Shown piece after piece: positions 19,883-32,000 of a stretch of DNA of 64,000 nucleotides (the stretch's first letter is position 1; each line of letters starts with the position of its first letter). The stretch comes from a candidate division FCPU426 bacterium (GTDB lineage Bacteria > Oederibacteriota > Muellerivitia > Muellerivitales > Muellerivitaceae). The stretch spans positions 1-64,000 of the forward strand of contig CAWHOE010000065.1 in NCBI GenBank assembly GCA_963830915.1. Direction: 5' to 3'. The notes under the pieces were generated by a model, which saw only the letters and a program-made list of their open reading frames with translations, had not been told where the DNA came from and ran no database searches. A program made the translations under genes and the position numbers.

Positions 19883-21646
19883 ATGCCGGAAAAAATCTCA
19901 AATTTCGCTATTGGGATCGATCTGGGAACTACAAATTCCTGTGTCGCTTATTTAAACGGCGGTGTTCCTCAAGTCATACCAAACACCGATGGCTATCATA
20001 CAACACCTTCCGTTGTCGCTTTTACTACCCAAAAAAATTGGCTTGTTGGCTTGGATGCAAAACATCAATCGATTACCAATTCAAGAGGAACTGTTTCTTC
20101 TATAAAGCGCTTCATTGGAAGGAAAATGGCCGATGAGGATGTGCAAAGGGATAAAACCCTTGTGTCATATCTTTTGGAACCTTCTGAAAATGGTGATATC
20201 AGGGTACGACTTGATGATCAATTAAAGTCACCGGAAGAGATATCTGCAATCATCCTCCAGAAAATAAAACAAGATGCGGAAAATCGTCTCGGTGAAAAAG
20301 TAACGCAAGCGGTTATCACGGTTCCGGCTTATTTCAATGACTCACAACGACAAGCCACTAAAGACGCCGGTAAAATCGCTGGGTTTGAGGTATTGCGGAT
20401 CATTAATGAACCAACGGCAGCGGCGTTGTCCTATGATTTCGACTCCAAAAAGAATCAAAAAATCGTTGTATATGATCTAGGTGGCGGAACATTCGACGTG
20501 ACTGTATTGGAGTTACTGAACGGCCTTTATCGAGTTTTATCGACCTGCGGGGATACGCATTTAGGCGGTGATGATTTTGATCAAACGTTGATGCAATGGG
20601 TTCTGGAAAAGTTTCTTTCGGAAAAGGGGATCGATTTACGAGATAATCCTGTTGCACTTCAGCGTTTAAGGGAAGCATCGGAAGCCGCTAAGTGTGAATT
20701 ATCTACCGCAACATCAACAGAAATTAATCTACCTTTTGTCGCGAAAAAAGATGATGAAACTTTCAATCTTGTTTACAAAATAACCAGAGCGGAGTTCGAA
20801 AGTCTTGTGAATCCGCTTGTCGAAAAAACATTGGATCCCTGTCGAAAAGCTTTAAAGGACGCGAATCTCACCCCGAATGATTTAAGCGAGATTTTATTAG
20901 TGGGTGGGATGACCCGGATGCCTCGAGTGCGGGAAATCGTTAAAAAGTTTTTCAATAAAGATCCTAATACCAGGGTTAATCCAGACGAATCGGTGGCTTT
21001 AGGAGCCGCTATACAAGCAGGGATTATCAATGGAAATGTTAGAAACGCGTTGCTATTGGATGTTACCCCTCTTTCACTAGGAGTTGAAACTTTAGGCGGA
21101 TCATTCAGTACGATCATTCCAAGGAATACAACTGTCCCGACCAAGATGAGCAAACTTTATTCAACCGTGAAAGATATGCAGACTTCGGTCAACATTAAGG
21201 TTTTGCAAGGCGAGGCAAAAATCGCGAGTAATAATAAAACTTTAGGTTTTTTCTCTTTCCTGGGAATTCCGCCGGCTCCGGCTGGGACCATTCAAATCGA
21301 AGTGACGTTTGCTATTGATTCTAATGGGATCGTTAATGTTACCGCTAAAAATGTAGCGACCGGTCAAATGCAACAGATGAAGGTGTCGGCTACCAGCGGT
21401 TTGACAAGGGACGAGCTGGAAAAACTGGTTCAAGCGGCTAAAGGTAGGATCATTTCATCGCCCCAGGTGATCGATGAGCCCACAAAGAAAAAGATTACTG
21501 GAACCTCGGTGCCAGAAATTACCCCAAAAACACAAACGCAAACATTCGCCACGCCGGTCCAACAATCGAGCGAAAAAACCGATGGAGATGGGGAGTTTTT
21601 AACAGGTGATATGATCAATTCTTTCCTGAAAGATGCGGATGAATAA
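19883..21646 (+). CDS. Hsp70/DnaK-family paralogue with truncated helical lid
   Basis: GIDLGTTNS, TVPAYFNDSQRQAT, INEPTAAAL, DLGGGTFD, LVGGMTR, DVTPLSLGVET; C-terminus short and low-complexity. Confidence 0.9.
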   Translation: MPEKISNFAIGIDLGTTNSCVAYLNGGVPQVIPNTDGYHTTPSVVAFTTQKNWLVGLDAKHQSITNSRGTVSSIKRFIGRKMADEDVQRDKTLVSYLLEPSENGDIRVRLDDQLKSPEEISAIILQKIKQDAENRLGEKVTQAVITVPAYFNDSQRQATKDAGKIAGFEVLRIINEPTAAALSYDFDSKKNQKIVVYDLGGGTFDVTVLELLNGLYRVLSTCGDTHLGGDDFDQTLMQWVLEKFLSEKGIDLRDNPVALQRLREASEAAKCELSTATSTEINLPFVAKKDDETFNLVYKITRAEFESLVNPLVEKTLDPCRKALKDANLTPNDLSEILLVGGMTRMPRVREIVKKFFNKDPNTRVNPDESVALGAAIQAGIINGNVRNALLLDVTPLSLGVETLGGSFSTIIPRNTTVPTKMSKLYSTVKDMQTSVNIKVLQGEAKIASNNKTLGFFSFLGIPPAPAGTIQIEVTFAIDSNGIVNVTAKNVATGQMQQMKVSATSGLTRDELEKLVQAAKGRIISSPQVIDEPTKKKITGTSVPEITPKTQTQTFATPVQQSSEKTDGDGEFLTGDMINSFLKDADE

Positions 21647-21649
21647 CGA

Positions 21650-22273
21650 ATGAAATCCATCGCTATCTTTGGGGGAACATTCAATCCGATACATTTTGGC
21701 CATTTGATTGTCGCTGAAGAAATACGCGCGAAATACAATCTGGATAAAATTATCTTTGTCCCCAATCATTTACCGCCCCATAAGGAACCTTCTGATTTGA
21801 TCGAAGCTAAATTACGTTTGACCATGGTGAACCTGGCCACCGTGAGTAACCCTTGTTTTGAGGTGTCCGATTACGAGATAGAGAAAGGTGGGAAGTCTTT
21901 CACGATAGATACGATCAAACATTTTCGCCAATTATATGGGACTAAGAATAATATTTACTTCATCGTGGGAGCTGATATGTTGTCGGAAATAACTTCTTGG
22001 AAGAATGTGGAGGAGTTATTGAAGATATGCAGGTTCATAGCGGTTCCGCGACCTGGTTACGATATAACGAAAATATTCAACCAGAATTATTTGGGCTCAG
22101 AGAATTTCGATATCGCGACCGAATTACTTGAAAACGTCTTGATAGAAAACATTGTTACGTCGGATATCAGCTCATCCAGTATTCGCCAAAGAGTGAGAGA
22201 GTGGAAAAGCATAAAATACTTCGTCCCGGAACCGGTCGAACAATTTATACATAATCAGCAGTTGTATCTTTAA
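21650..22273 (+). CDS. nadD: Nicotinate-nucleotide adenylyltransferase
   Basis: GGTFNPIHFGH, PPHK, SFTIDT, FIVGAD, ISSSSIR. Confidence 0.95.
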   Translation: MKSIAIFGGTFNPIHFGHLIVAEEIRAKYNLDKIIFVPNHLPPHKEPSDLIEAKLRLTMVNLATVSNPCFEVSDYEIEKGGKSFTIDTIKHFRQLYGTKNNIYFIVGADMLSEITSWKNVEELLKICRFIAVPRPGYDITKIFNQNYLGSENFDIATELLENVLIENIVTSDISSSSIRQRVREWKSIKYFVPEPVEQFIHNQQLYL

Positions 22274-22283
22274 AGAGGATATC

Positions 22284-22550
22284 ATGGAACTCGTCAATTA
22301 CATGGAAGAAGCGACCAAAAGATCACTGGATGAACTTTTGGAATGCGCAGAATATGTTGACTACAAGATCACCGAGAAACAGAAATTAGATATCTTGGCC
22401 TGCGCGTTGAATCAATTGCCAGCCAGATATTTAGTAAGCGAGAAAGGTTATCTCTACACAAGGGCAGATGAACTAAAACAACAGTTTAAAACGGATATCA
22501 TCGTAGAATTGACAAAAGCCATACTTAAAGTGAAGGCCAACCCAAGATAG
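22284..22550 (+). CDS. ComFB-family protein
   Basis: LVNYMEE...DILACALNQLPARY...NPR pattern. Confidence 0.8.
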   Translation: MELVNYMEEATKRSLDELLECAEYVDYKITEKQKLDILACALNQLPARYLVSEKGYLYTRADELKQQFKTDIIVELTKAILKVKANPR

Positions 22551-22558
22551 GAAGTGTT

Positions 22559-22909
22559 TTGGAAAAGAAAACTAATAAATTATTAAAAACGATATTGAAT
22601 ACCTTGGAAGATAAACAGGGAATCGATATCTCGATATTGAAAATGAATTTGGTTGTGTCCTATACCGATTATTTAGTCATTTGTAACGGATCCTCCAATA
22701 CCCATGTTAATGCCTTGGTGGAATCAATAAAAGACGCGTTGGCATTGAAAAAAGAGATCGTTTATCAGAACCGATCCCTAGATAAAGGTTGGATCGTTCT
22801 GGATTTCGTGGATGTGGTTGTCCATATATTCCTGGATGAGACGAGAAAGTTTTATGACCTTGAGGGTCTTTGGTCGGACGCTCAAAAGGTTCAATTTTCA
22901 GATGTTTAG
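22559..22909 (+). CDS. rsfS: Ribosome silencing factor RsfS
   Basis: DKQGIDI, TDYLVICNGSS..HV, WIVLDFVDVVVHIF..TRKFYDLEGLW. Confidence 0.92.
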   Translation: MEKKTNKLLKTILNTLEDKQGIDISILKMNLVVSYTDYLVICNGSSNTHVNALVESIKDALALKKEIVYQNRSLDKGWIVLDFVDVVVHIFLDETRKFYDLEGLWSDAQKVQFSDV

Positions 22910-23086
22910 AAAACCCCGCCTTAGGATTTCCTCCCTTTTTACAGTCTAAAAACATCGATTTTGTTGGTAATTTGTAAGGGAAATATTATTGGGTAACCTT
23001 TACTCAATTTAAATAAAAGCGATATAATTTCTCCATGTTAACCGGTTAACGGTTATGTTTTATCGCTCAAATAGGGGAGTTTTTGT

Positions 23087-26000
23087 TTGCGTTTGATTTA
23101 TAGAACAATTTATTGCTATCCAAACATTCCAAAAAATTCCTCAATGATTTGGGGCATAATTACTTGTGCCATTTCACCTGTTTTTATCCACTGGATTCTT
23201 AATGTTTCTTACAAAATCAATCCCACGAACGTTTCGAAATTCCTTCCGAAATCCGTTCAAATTTTCCCACTTAGACCGATCATGAAAATGATGTTGCTTG
23301 ACCATGACCATACAAAAAAACACGAAAATACCAGTGAATATTTACCGTGCTTTTCGAAATTAAGTCGAAAGACAGTGAATGGCTTTTTTGTATTTATATT
23401 AATTGTTTTTGGCTTTGGAAAATTAAACGCGCAAACTTGTCCTAGTTGGATCCCGGTTGGAAACGCTACTTTAGGTGGTGGGACAACCGTGACATTGACG
23501 ACCAATGCCATCGCAGAAAGTGGCGCCGCGTGGAATTCCTCAATGATCGATCTGACTCAAGGCTTTACTTATACTTTTAACGCTTATTTTGGCGCGGCAG
23601 CAGGGGGGGCTGATGGTATTGATTTTGTCCTACAAGATGATCCGCGCGGCACTTCGGCTTTGAGCGGAAACGGGCAACCTTGCGGATCTTGCAAAGGTTA
23701 TTCCGGTGTTAGCCCAATATCACCCTCTGTGGCGTTTGCCATAGAGACCTATCCAACCAACAGCGTTCTTATTCCGCAAGAAAACGGTCTAGCCGCCAGT
23801 ACCTGCAGTTATGCTTCTTTACCCTGTCCATATACTTTCGGCGCTTCGCTTGAAAATAACGCTACACACACCTATGTCGTAAGCTGGACCCCAGGGACGA
23901 CGACACTAACCCTTACAGTGGATGGCACATTGGTCATGACCTATGTCAGGGATTTGATCAACCAGGTATTTGGTGGACAAAAGATGGTTTATTACGGTTT
24001 CACAGCGGCGACCGGGGCTTCCAGCAGTTTGCAATATATTACGGGTAGTACTACTGGTTGTTTCACTCCGACAGCGACGCCTACTTGTAACCCGGTCACA
24101 TTTGGGACAACCACAATCGGCGGGACGGCAAGCCCTAATCTAGTCAATAGCATGGCCGGTTCTAAGTACACGCTTTCTAGTTCCACCAATATTTCCGAAA
24201 TGGAACTTTATCCTGATACCGCCACCGCTTTGACAGCTGTGGCTGGTATTTACACGGATAACGCAGGAACACCTGGAAATTTGATCGTGCAAAGCAATCA
24301 GGAGCCCATGACGGCCGCGAAGTGGAATACATTTAACCTGCCTAATACTCCGCTGAATTCAGGTACCTATTGGTTGGCTTTTTATTTTACCGGGACAACA
24401 GGAACCGTTGCGTCAGCAACAACTGGAGGAAATTCAGATACAGTTGCTTACGCCGGTGTAACTTATGATGGATTACTGTCTCCATTCGGAACAGGAACCG
24501 CGGGTACTACGGTTTATTCGATCAATGCATTTGGTTGCCCGGGCGGGCCTTTCCCGACATGGACGCCTACATTTACCTTTACCTATACACCGACTTTTAC
24601 CCCTACTTTTACTTCTACGCCTACTGTTACGAATACTCCTACCATTACCCCTAACCCATGCCCGATCACATTTGATTCAGCCACAACCTTTACTGGTACA
24701 GCGACTGGAGCGGTTTTTAATCATACGGTTTCCGGTTCGCAAAATTTGCTCCTTGTTCAAATCGCGATCGAAGCTAGCGCGCTCGCGGATGCCGCGACCA
24801 GTATTACTTATGGCTCTACTAAACTAACCATGGCGGTGGGCGCTCGACTTGGAACGGGTGCCGGCCATAACACTCTTGAAACTTGGTATTTAGTGAACCC
24901 TCAGACTGGTACTAATCCGATAACCGTTTATACAAACTTGGCGGCAGGCAAAGTCTTACATATCGGCGCGATAAGTTACCAAGGCGTTAATCAGACCACG
25001 CCCATAGGGGCGGTTAACTCTGTGGATGATGCCGCTAATACAACCCAAACAATTTCCCTCACGACGACCGCGGTTAATAGTTTGATCGCATCCACCTGTC
25101 TTTCTTGGGGAACGGGGACTTCCATCACGCCTAATTCTCCTCAGGTTGAAAGATGGCTGGAGAATGATACTAGCGAGACAGAAGGGGATGATTTAACCAC
25201 GACGATTATTCAATCCTATACGCTGACTTATGGTTTGGGGGCGAATGTGAAGGCGGATATTCAAGCTGTCGAAATCATTAATGGCCCTTGCAATACCAGT
25301 ACTCCTACGAATACCGCGACTAATACCGCGACTAATACCCCAACGAACACGCCTTCCAATACCGCCACTAATTCCGCAACCAATACAATTACCAATACGG
25401 GGACCAATACTCCGACTAATACAGTTACCTATACGCCAACGAATTCCGCTACTAATACAGCAACTAATACCACTACAAATACGGCCACCAATACAAAGAC
25501 TAATACAGCAACAAACACAGCGACTAATACCGCTACTAATACGGCCACAAACACTGGGACGAACACTCAGACAGCCACCAACACTGCCACTAACACAGCT
25601 ACCAATACAGCTACCAACACGGCCACCAATACTGCCACAAACACCGGGACGAATACGGTCACTAACACCGGAACGAATACCCCGACGGCCACCAACACTG
25701 CAACTAATACCGCCACCAACACATCGACCAATACGGCAACCAATACTGCGACGAACACAGCTACTAATACAGCTACCAATACCAAGACAAATACGGCTAC
25801 TAATACGGCGACCAATACGACCACTAATACGGCCACGAATACTGCTACAAATACTGCCACTAACACCCCGACTAACACAGCTACCAACACGGCGACGAAC
25901 TCCGCTACAGCTACGAATACCGCCACTAACACTGCGACCAATACGGCAACCAATACTGCGACGAACACTGCCACGAACACGGCTACCAATACCGCTACTA

Positions 26001-29000
26001 ATACGGCGACCAATACGACCACTAATACGGTCACGAATACTGCTACAAATACTGCCACTAACACCCCGACTAACACAGCTACCAATACAGCGACGAACAC
26101 CGCTACAGCTACGAATACCGCCACTAACACTGCGACCAATACGGCAACCAATACTGCGACGAACACAGCCACGAACACAGCTACTAATACAGCTACCAAT
26201 ACCAAGACAAATACGGCGACCAATACGACCACTAACACGGCTACGAATACTGCTACAAACACGGCCACTAACACCCCGACTAACACAGCTACCAATACAG
26301 CGACGAACACCGCTACAGCTACGAATACCGCCACTAACACTGCGACCAATACAGCAACCAATACTGCGACGAACACAGCCACGAACACAGCTACTAATAC
26401 AGCTACCAATACCAAGACTAATACGGCTACTAATACGGCGACCAATACGACCACTAATACGGCCACGAATACTGCTACAAATACTGCCACTAACACCCCG
26501 ACTAACACAGCTACCAACACGGCGACGAACTCCGCTACAGCTACGAATACCGCCACTAACACTGCGACCAATACGGCAACCAATACTGCGACGAACACTG
26601 CCACGAACACGGCTACCAATACCGCTACTAATACGGCGACCAATACGACCACTAATACGGCCACGAATACTGCTACAAATACTGCCACTAACACCCCGAC
26701 TAACACAGCTACCAATACAGCGACGAACACCGCTACAGCTACAAATACCGCCACCAACACATCGACCAATACGGCAACCAATACTGCGACGAACACAGCT
26801 ACTAATACAGCTACCAATACCAAGACAAATACGGCTACTAATACGGCGACCAATACGACCACTAATACGGCTACGAATACTGCTACAAACACGGCCACTA
26901 ACACCCCGACTAACACAGCTACCAACACAGCGACGAACACCGCTACAGCTACGAATACCGCCACCAACACTGCGACCAATACGGCCACGAATACTGCTAC
27001 AAACACGGCCACTAACACCCCAACTAACACAGCTACCAACACGGCGACGAACACCGCTACAGCTACGAATACCGCCACCAACACTGCGACCAATACGGCA
27101 ACCAATACTGCGACGAACACTGCCACGAACACAGCTACTAATACAGCTACCAATACCAAGACCAATACGGCTACCAATACTGCTACTAATACGGCGACCA
27201 ATACGACCACTAATACGGCTACGAATACTGCTACAAACACGGCCACTAACACCCCGACTAACACAGCTACCAACACAGCGACGAACACCGCTACAGCTAC
27301 GAATACCGCCACCAACACTGCGACCAATACGGCCACGAATACTGCTACAAACACGGCCACTAACACCCCAACTAACACAGCTACCAACACGGCGACGAAC
27401 ACCGCTACAGCTACGAATACCGCCACTAACACTGCGACCAATACGGCAACCAATACTGCGACGAACACTGCCACGAACACGGCTACCAATACAGCCACTA
27501 ATACCGCTACTAATACGGCGACCAATACGACCACAAATACTGCTACAAACACGGCCACTAACACCCCAACTAACACAGCTACCAACACAGCGACGAACAC
27601 CGCTACAGCTACGAATACCGCCACCAATACGGCCACGAATACTGCTACAAACACGGCCACTAACACCCCAACTAACACAGCTACCAATACTGCTACTAAT
27701 ACGGCGACCAATACGACCACTAATACAGCTACGAATACTGCTACAAACACGGCCACAAACACCCCAACTAACACAGCTACCAACACGGCGACGAACACCG
27801 AAACAGCTACGAATACCGCCACCAACACTGCGACCAATACGGCAACCAATACTGCGACGAACACTGCCACGAACACAGCTACTAATACAGCTACCAATAC
27901 CAAGACCAATACGGCTACCAATACTGCTACTAATACGGCGACCAATACGACCACTAATACGGCTACGAATACTGCTACAAACACGGCCACTAACACCCCG
28001 ACTAACACAGCTACCAACACAGCGACGAACACCGCTACAGCTACGAATACCGCCACCAACACTGCGACCAATACGGCAACCAATACTGCGACGAACACGG
28101 CTACCAATACAGCCACTAATACCGCTTCTAATACGGCGACCAATACGACCACTAATACGGCCACGAATACTGCTACAAACACGGCCACAAACACCCCAAC
28201 TAACACAGCTACCAACACTGCGACGAACACCGCTACAGCTACGAATACCGCCACCAACACCGCGACGAACACGGCCACTAATACAGCTACTAACACGGCT
28301 ACCAATACAGCCACTAATACGGCCACGAATACTGCTACAAACACGGCTACCAACACAGCTACTAACACAGCGACGAACACCGCTACAGCTACGAATACCG
28401 CCACCAACACTGCGACCAATACGGCAACCAATACTGCGACGAACACTGCTACGAACACGGCTACCAATACCGCCACTAATACGGCGACCAATACGACCAC
28501 TAATACGGCCACGAATACTGCTACAAACACGGCCACTAACACCCCGACTAACACAGCTACCAACACAGCGACGAACACCGCTACAGCTACGAATACCGCC
28601 ACTAACACTGCGACCAATACGGCAACCAATACTGCGACGAACACGGCTACCAATACAGCCACTAATACCGCTTCTAATACGATGACCAATACGACCACTA
28701 ATACGGCCACGAATACCGCCACCAACACCGCGACGAACACGGCCACTAATACAGCTACTAACACGGCTACCAATACAGCCACTAATACGGCCACGAATAC
28801 TGCTACAAACACGGCTACCAACACAGCTACTAACACAGCGACGAACACCGCTACAGCTACGAATACCGCCACCAACACTGCGACCAATACGGCAACCAAT
28901 ACTGCGACGAACACTGCTACGAACACGGCTACCAATACCGCCACTAATACGGCGACCAATACGACCACTAATACGGTCACGAATACTGCTACAAACACGG

Positions 29001-32000
29001 CCACTAACACCCCAACTAACACAGCTACCAACACAGCGACGAACACCGCTACAGCTACGAATACCGCCACCAACACTGCGACCAATACTGCGACGAACAC
29101 GGCTACGAACACGGCTACCAATACCGCCACTAATACGGCGACCAATACGACCACTAATACGGCTACGAATACTGCTACAAACACGGCCACAAACACCCCA
29201 ACTAACACAGCTACCAACACGGCGACGAACACCGCTACAGCTACGAATACCGCCACTAACACTGCGACCAATACGGCAACCAATACAGCGACGAACACTG
29301 CCACGAACACGGCTACCAATACCGCTACTAATACGGCGACCAATACGACCACTAATACGGCCACGAATACTGCTACAAATACTGCCACTAACACCCCGAC
29401 TAACACAGCTACCAACACAGCGACGAACACCGCTACAGCTACGAATACCGCCACCAACACTGCGACCAATACGGCAACCAATACTGCGACGAACACGGCT
29501 ACCAATACAGCCACTAATACCGCTTCTAATACGGCGACCAATACGACCACAAATACTGCTACAAACACGGCCACAAACACCCCAACTAACACAGCTACCA
29601 ACACGGCGACGAACACCGCTACAGCTACGAATACCGCCACTAACACTGCGACCAATACGGCAACCAATACTGCGACGAACACTGCCACGAACACGGCTAC
29701 CAATACAGCCACTAATACCGCTTCTAATACGATGACCAATACGACCACTAATACGGCCACGAATACTGCTACAAACACGGCCACTAACACCCCGACTAAC
29801 ACAGCTACCAACACTGCGACGAACACCGCTACAGCTACGAATACCGCCACCAACACCGCGACGAACACGGCCACTAATACAGCTACTAACACGGCTACCA
29901 ATACAGCCACTAATACGGCCACGAATACTGCTACAAACACGGCTACTAACACGGCTACCAACACAGCTACTAACACAGCGACGAACACCGCTACAGCTAC
30001 GAATACCACCACCAACACTGCGACCAATACGGCAACCAATACTGCGACGAACACTGCCACGAACACCGTGACGAATACGAACACTAACACGACCACGGAT
30101 ACTGCTACAAACACGGCTACAAACACTCCAACTAATACAGCGACGAACACTGCAACTGCTACGAACACCGCTACCAACACCGCTACGAATACAGCCACTA
30201 ATACGGCCACGAACACAGTGACCAACACAGCCACAAATTCCGCCACTAATACGGCTACAAACACCGCCACCGACACAGCGACAAACACCGCTACTAATAC
30301 AGCCACGCTGACAGCCACGAATACCGCGACAGATACAGCTACCAACACTGCCACCAATACCTCGACGAATTCGGCTACCAACACACCGACTGATACCGCC
30401 ACTAACACTTCTACCAGTACGGCCACGAATACGGCGACTAACACAGCCACAAATACAACGACTGATACGGCTACCAATACGGCAACCAACACCGCTACAG
30501 CTACTGCTACCGATACAGCTACCAATTCGGCCACTAACACCCCGACGGACACTGCCACGAATACAGCGACTAATTCACCCACGAACACCGCTACAAACAC
30601 CCCCACGGATACCCCTACCAACACAGCCACCAATTCGGCCACAAACTCACCGACGGATACCGCCACTAACACGCCGACCAATACGACGACAGATACGGCG
30701 ACCAATACCATGACCGATACTGCTACGAACTCGGCGACCAACACCGCCACCCATACGCCTACCAACACACCAACGGCCACCATGTCCAGCACAGCGACCA
30801 ACACAGCCACGAACACCGCGACCAATACCCCGATCGATTCCGCTACGAATACGGCGACTAACACCACCACAGATACTGCCACCAATAGCGCGACAGCCTC
30901 CCAGACCAATACTCCAACATCAACAATGACTGAGACATCCACCAACACCATTACCTATACCCCGACCATCACTTGTACCTTTACGGCCACGGATACCGGG
31001 ACCCTGCCGCCTACCGACACGCCGACCATCACATGGACCAACACTGCGACGAACACTTCCACGAATACACATACGAATACGTCCACTAATACAGCTACCA
31101 ACACGGCTACCGACTCGGCCACGAATAGCGCGACGGCCTCCCCGACCAACACGCCAACATCGACATCGACCGCGACAGCGACAAATTCCGCTACCAATAC
31201 AGCCTCGAATACGGCGACCAATACGGCTACGAGCAGCGCGACGAATACTCCTACCAATACGGCAACTAACACAGCTACGAATACAGCGACCAACTCCGCT
31301 ACGAATAGCGCGACAGCCTCCCAGACCAATACGCCATCATCAACAATGACTGGGACCGCGACGAATACCTCGACCAATACGGCGACCAACACAGCCACCG
31401 CGACGGCTTCCAATACCGTTACGAACAGTGCAACAGCCTCCGCGACCAATACGGCTACCAACACAGCCTCGAATACCCCGACGAACACAGCAACGAACTC
31501 GGCGACGAATACGGCCACACCGACCGCCACCGCGACCATGACAGTCACGAATACCCGTACGAATACCGCGACGAATACGGCCACGATGACCGGCACGAAT
31601 ACCCCAACTGTAACGGCCACTACTACCGCCACCTCGACGGCCACCCCCACCTCGACCAGGACGCTCACAAATACGCCCACCACGACGCCGACCATGACGG
31701 CCAGTAAAACCACGACTGATACGGCCACTAGCACCATGACCTTCACATTCACGAACACCCCGACCATCACACCTACGTTCACAATGACCAGGACATCGAC
31801 CAATACGTCCACCATTACGCCCACCACGACGCCCCAGATCACCATTACTCCGACCAATTCGGCCACCGTGACAGCGACCGTCCTTTGCGGCCAGCAACTG
31901 GTCAATATTTATGATGAACGGGGGGAAAAGATCGCGAGTGTCTGTGGGAATATCACTTTCACGAGCGGGACCAATTATTCGATGAGCCTTTCAAGCTACG

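Noticed and set aside
25281..28685. 1134-aa alternative-frame P/R/L/I/Q ORF
   Set aside because: Frame-shifted reading of the same repeat
25567..31905. 1794-aa and 316-aa antisense ORFs of V/A/L/F
   Set aside because: Shadows of the (TNTA)n codon repeat, which lacks stops in that frame; no independent domain or start signal
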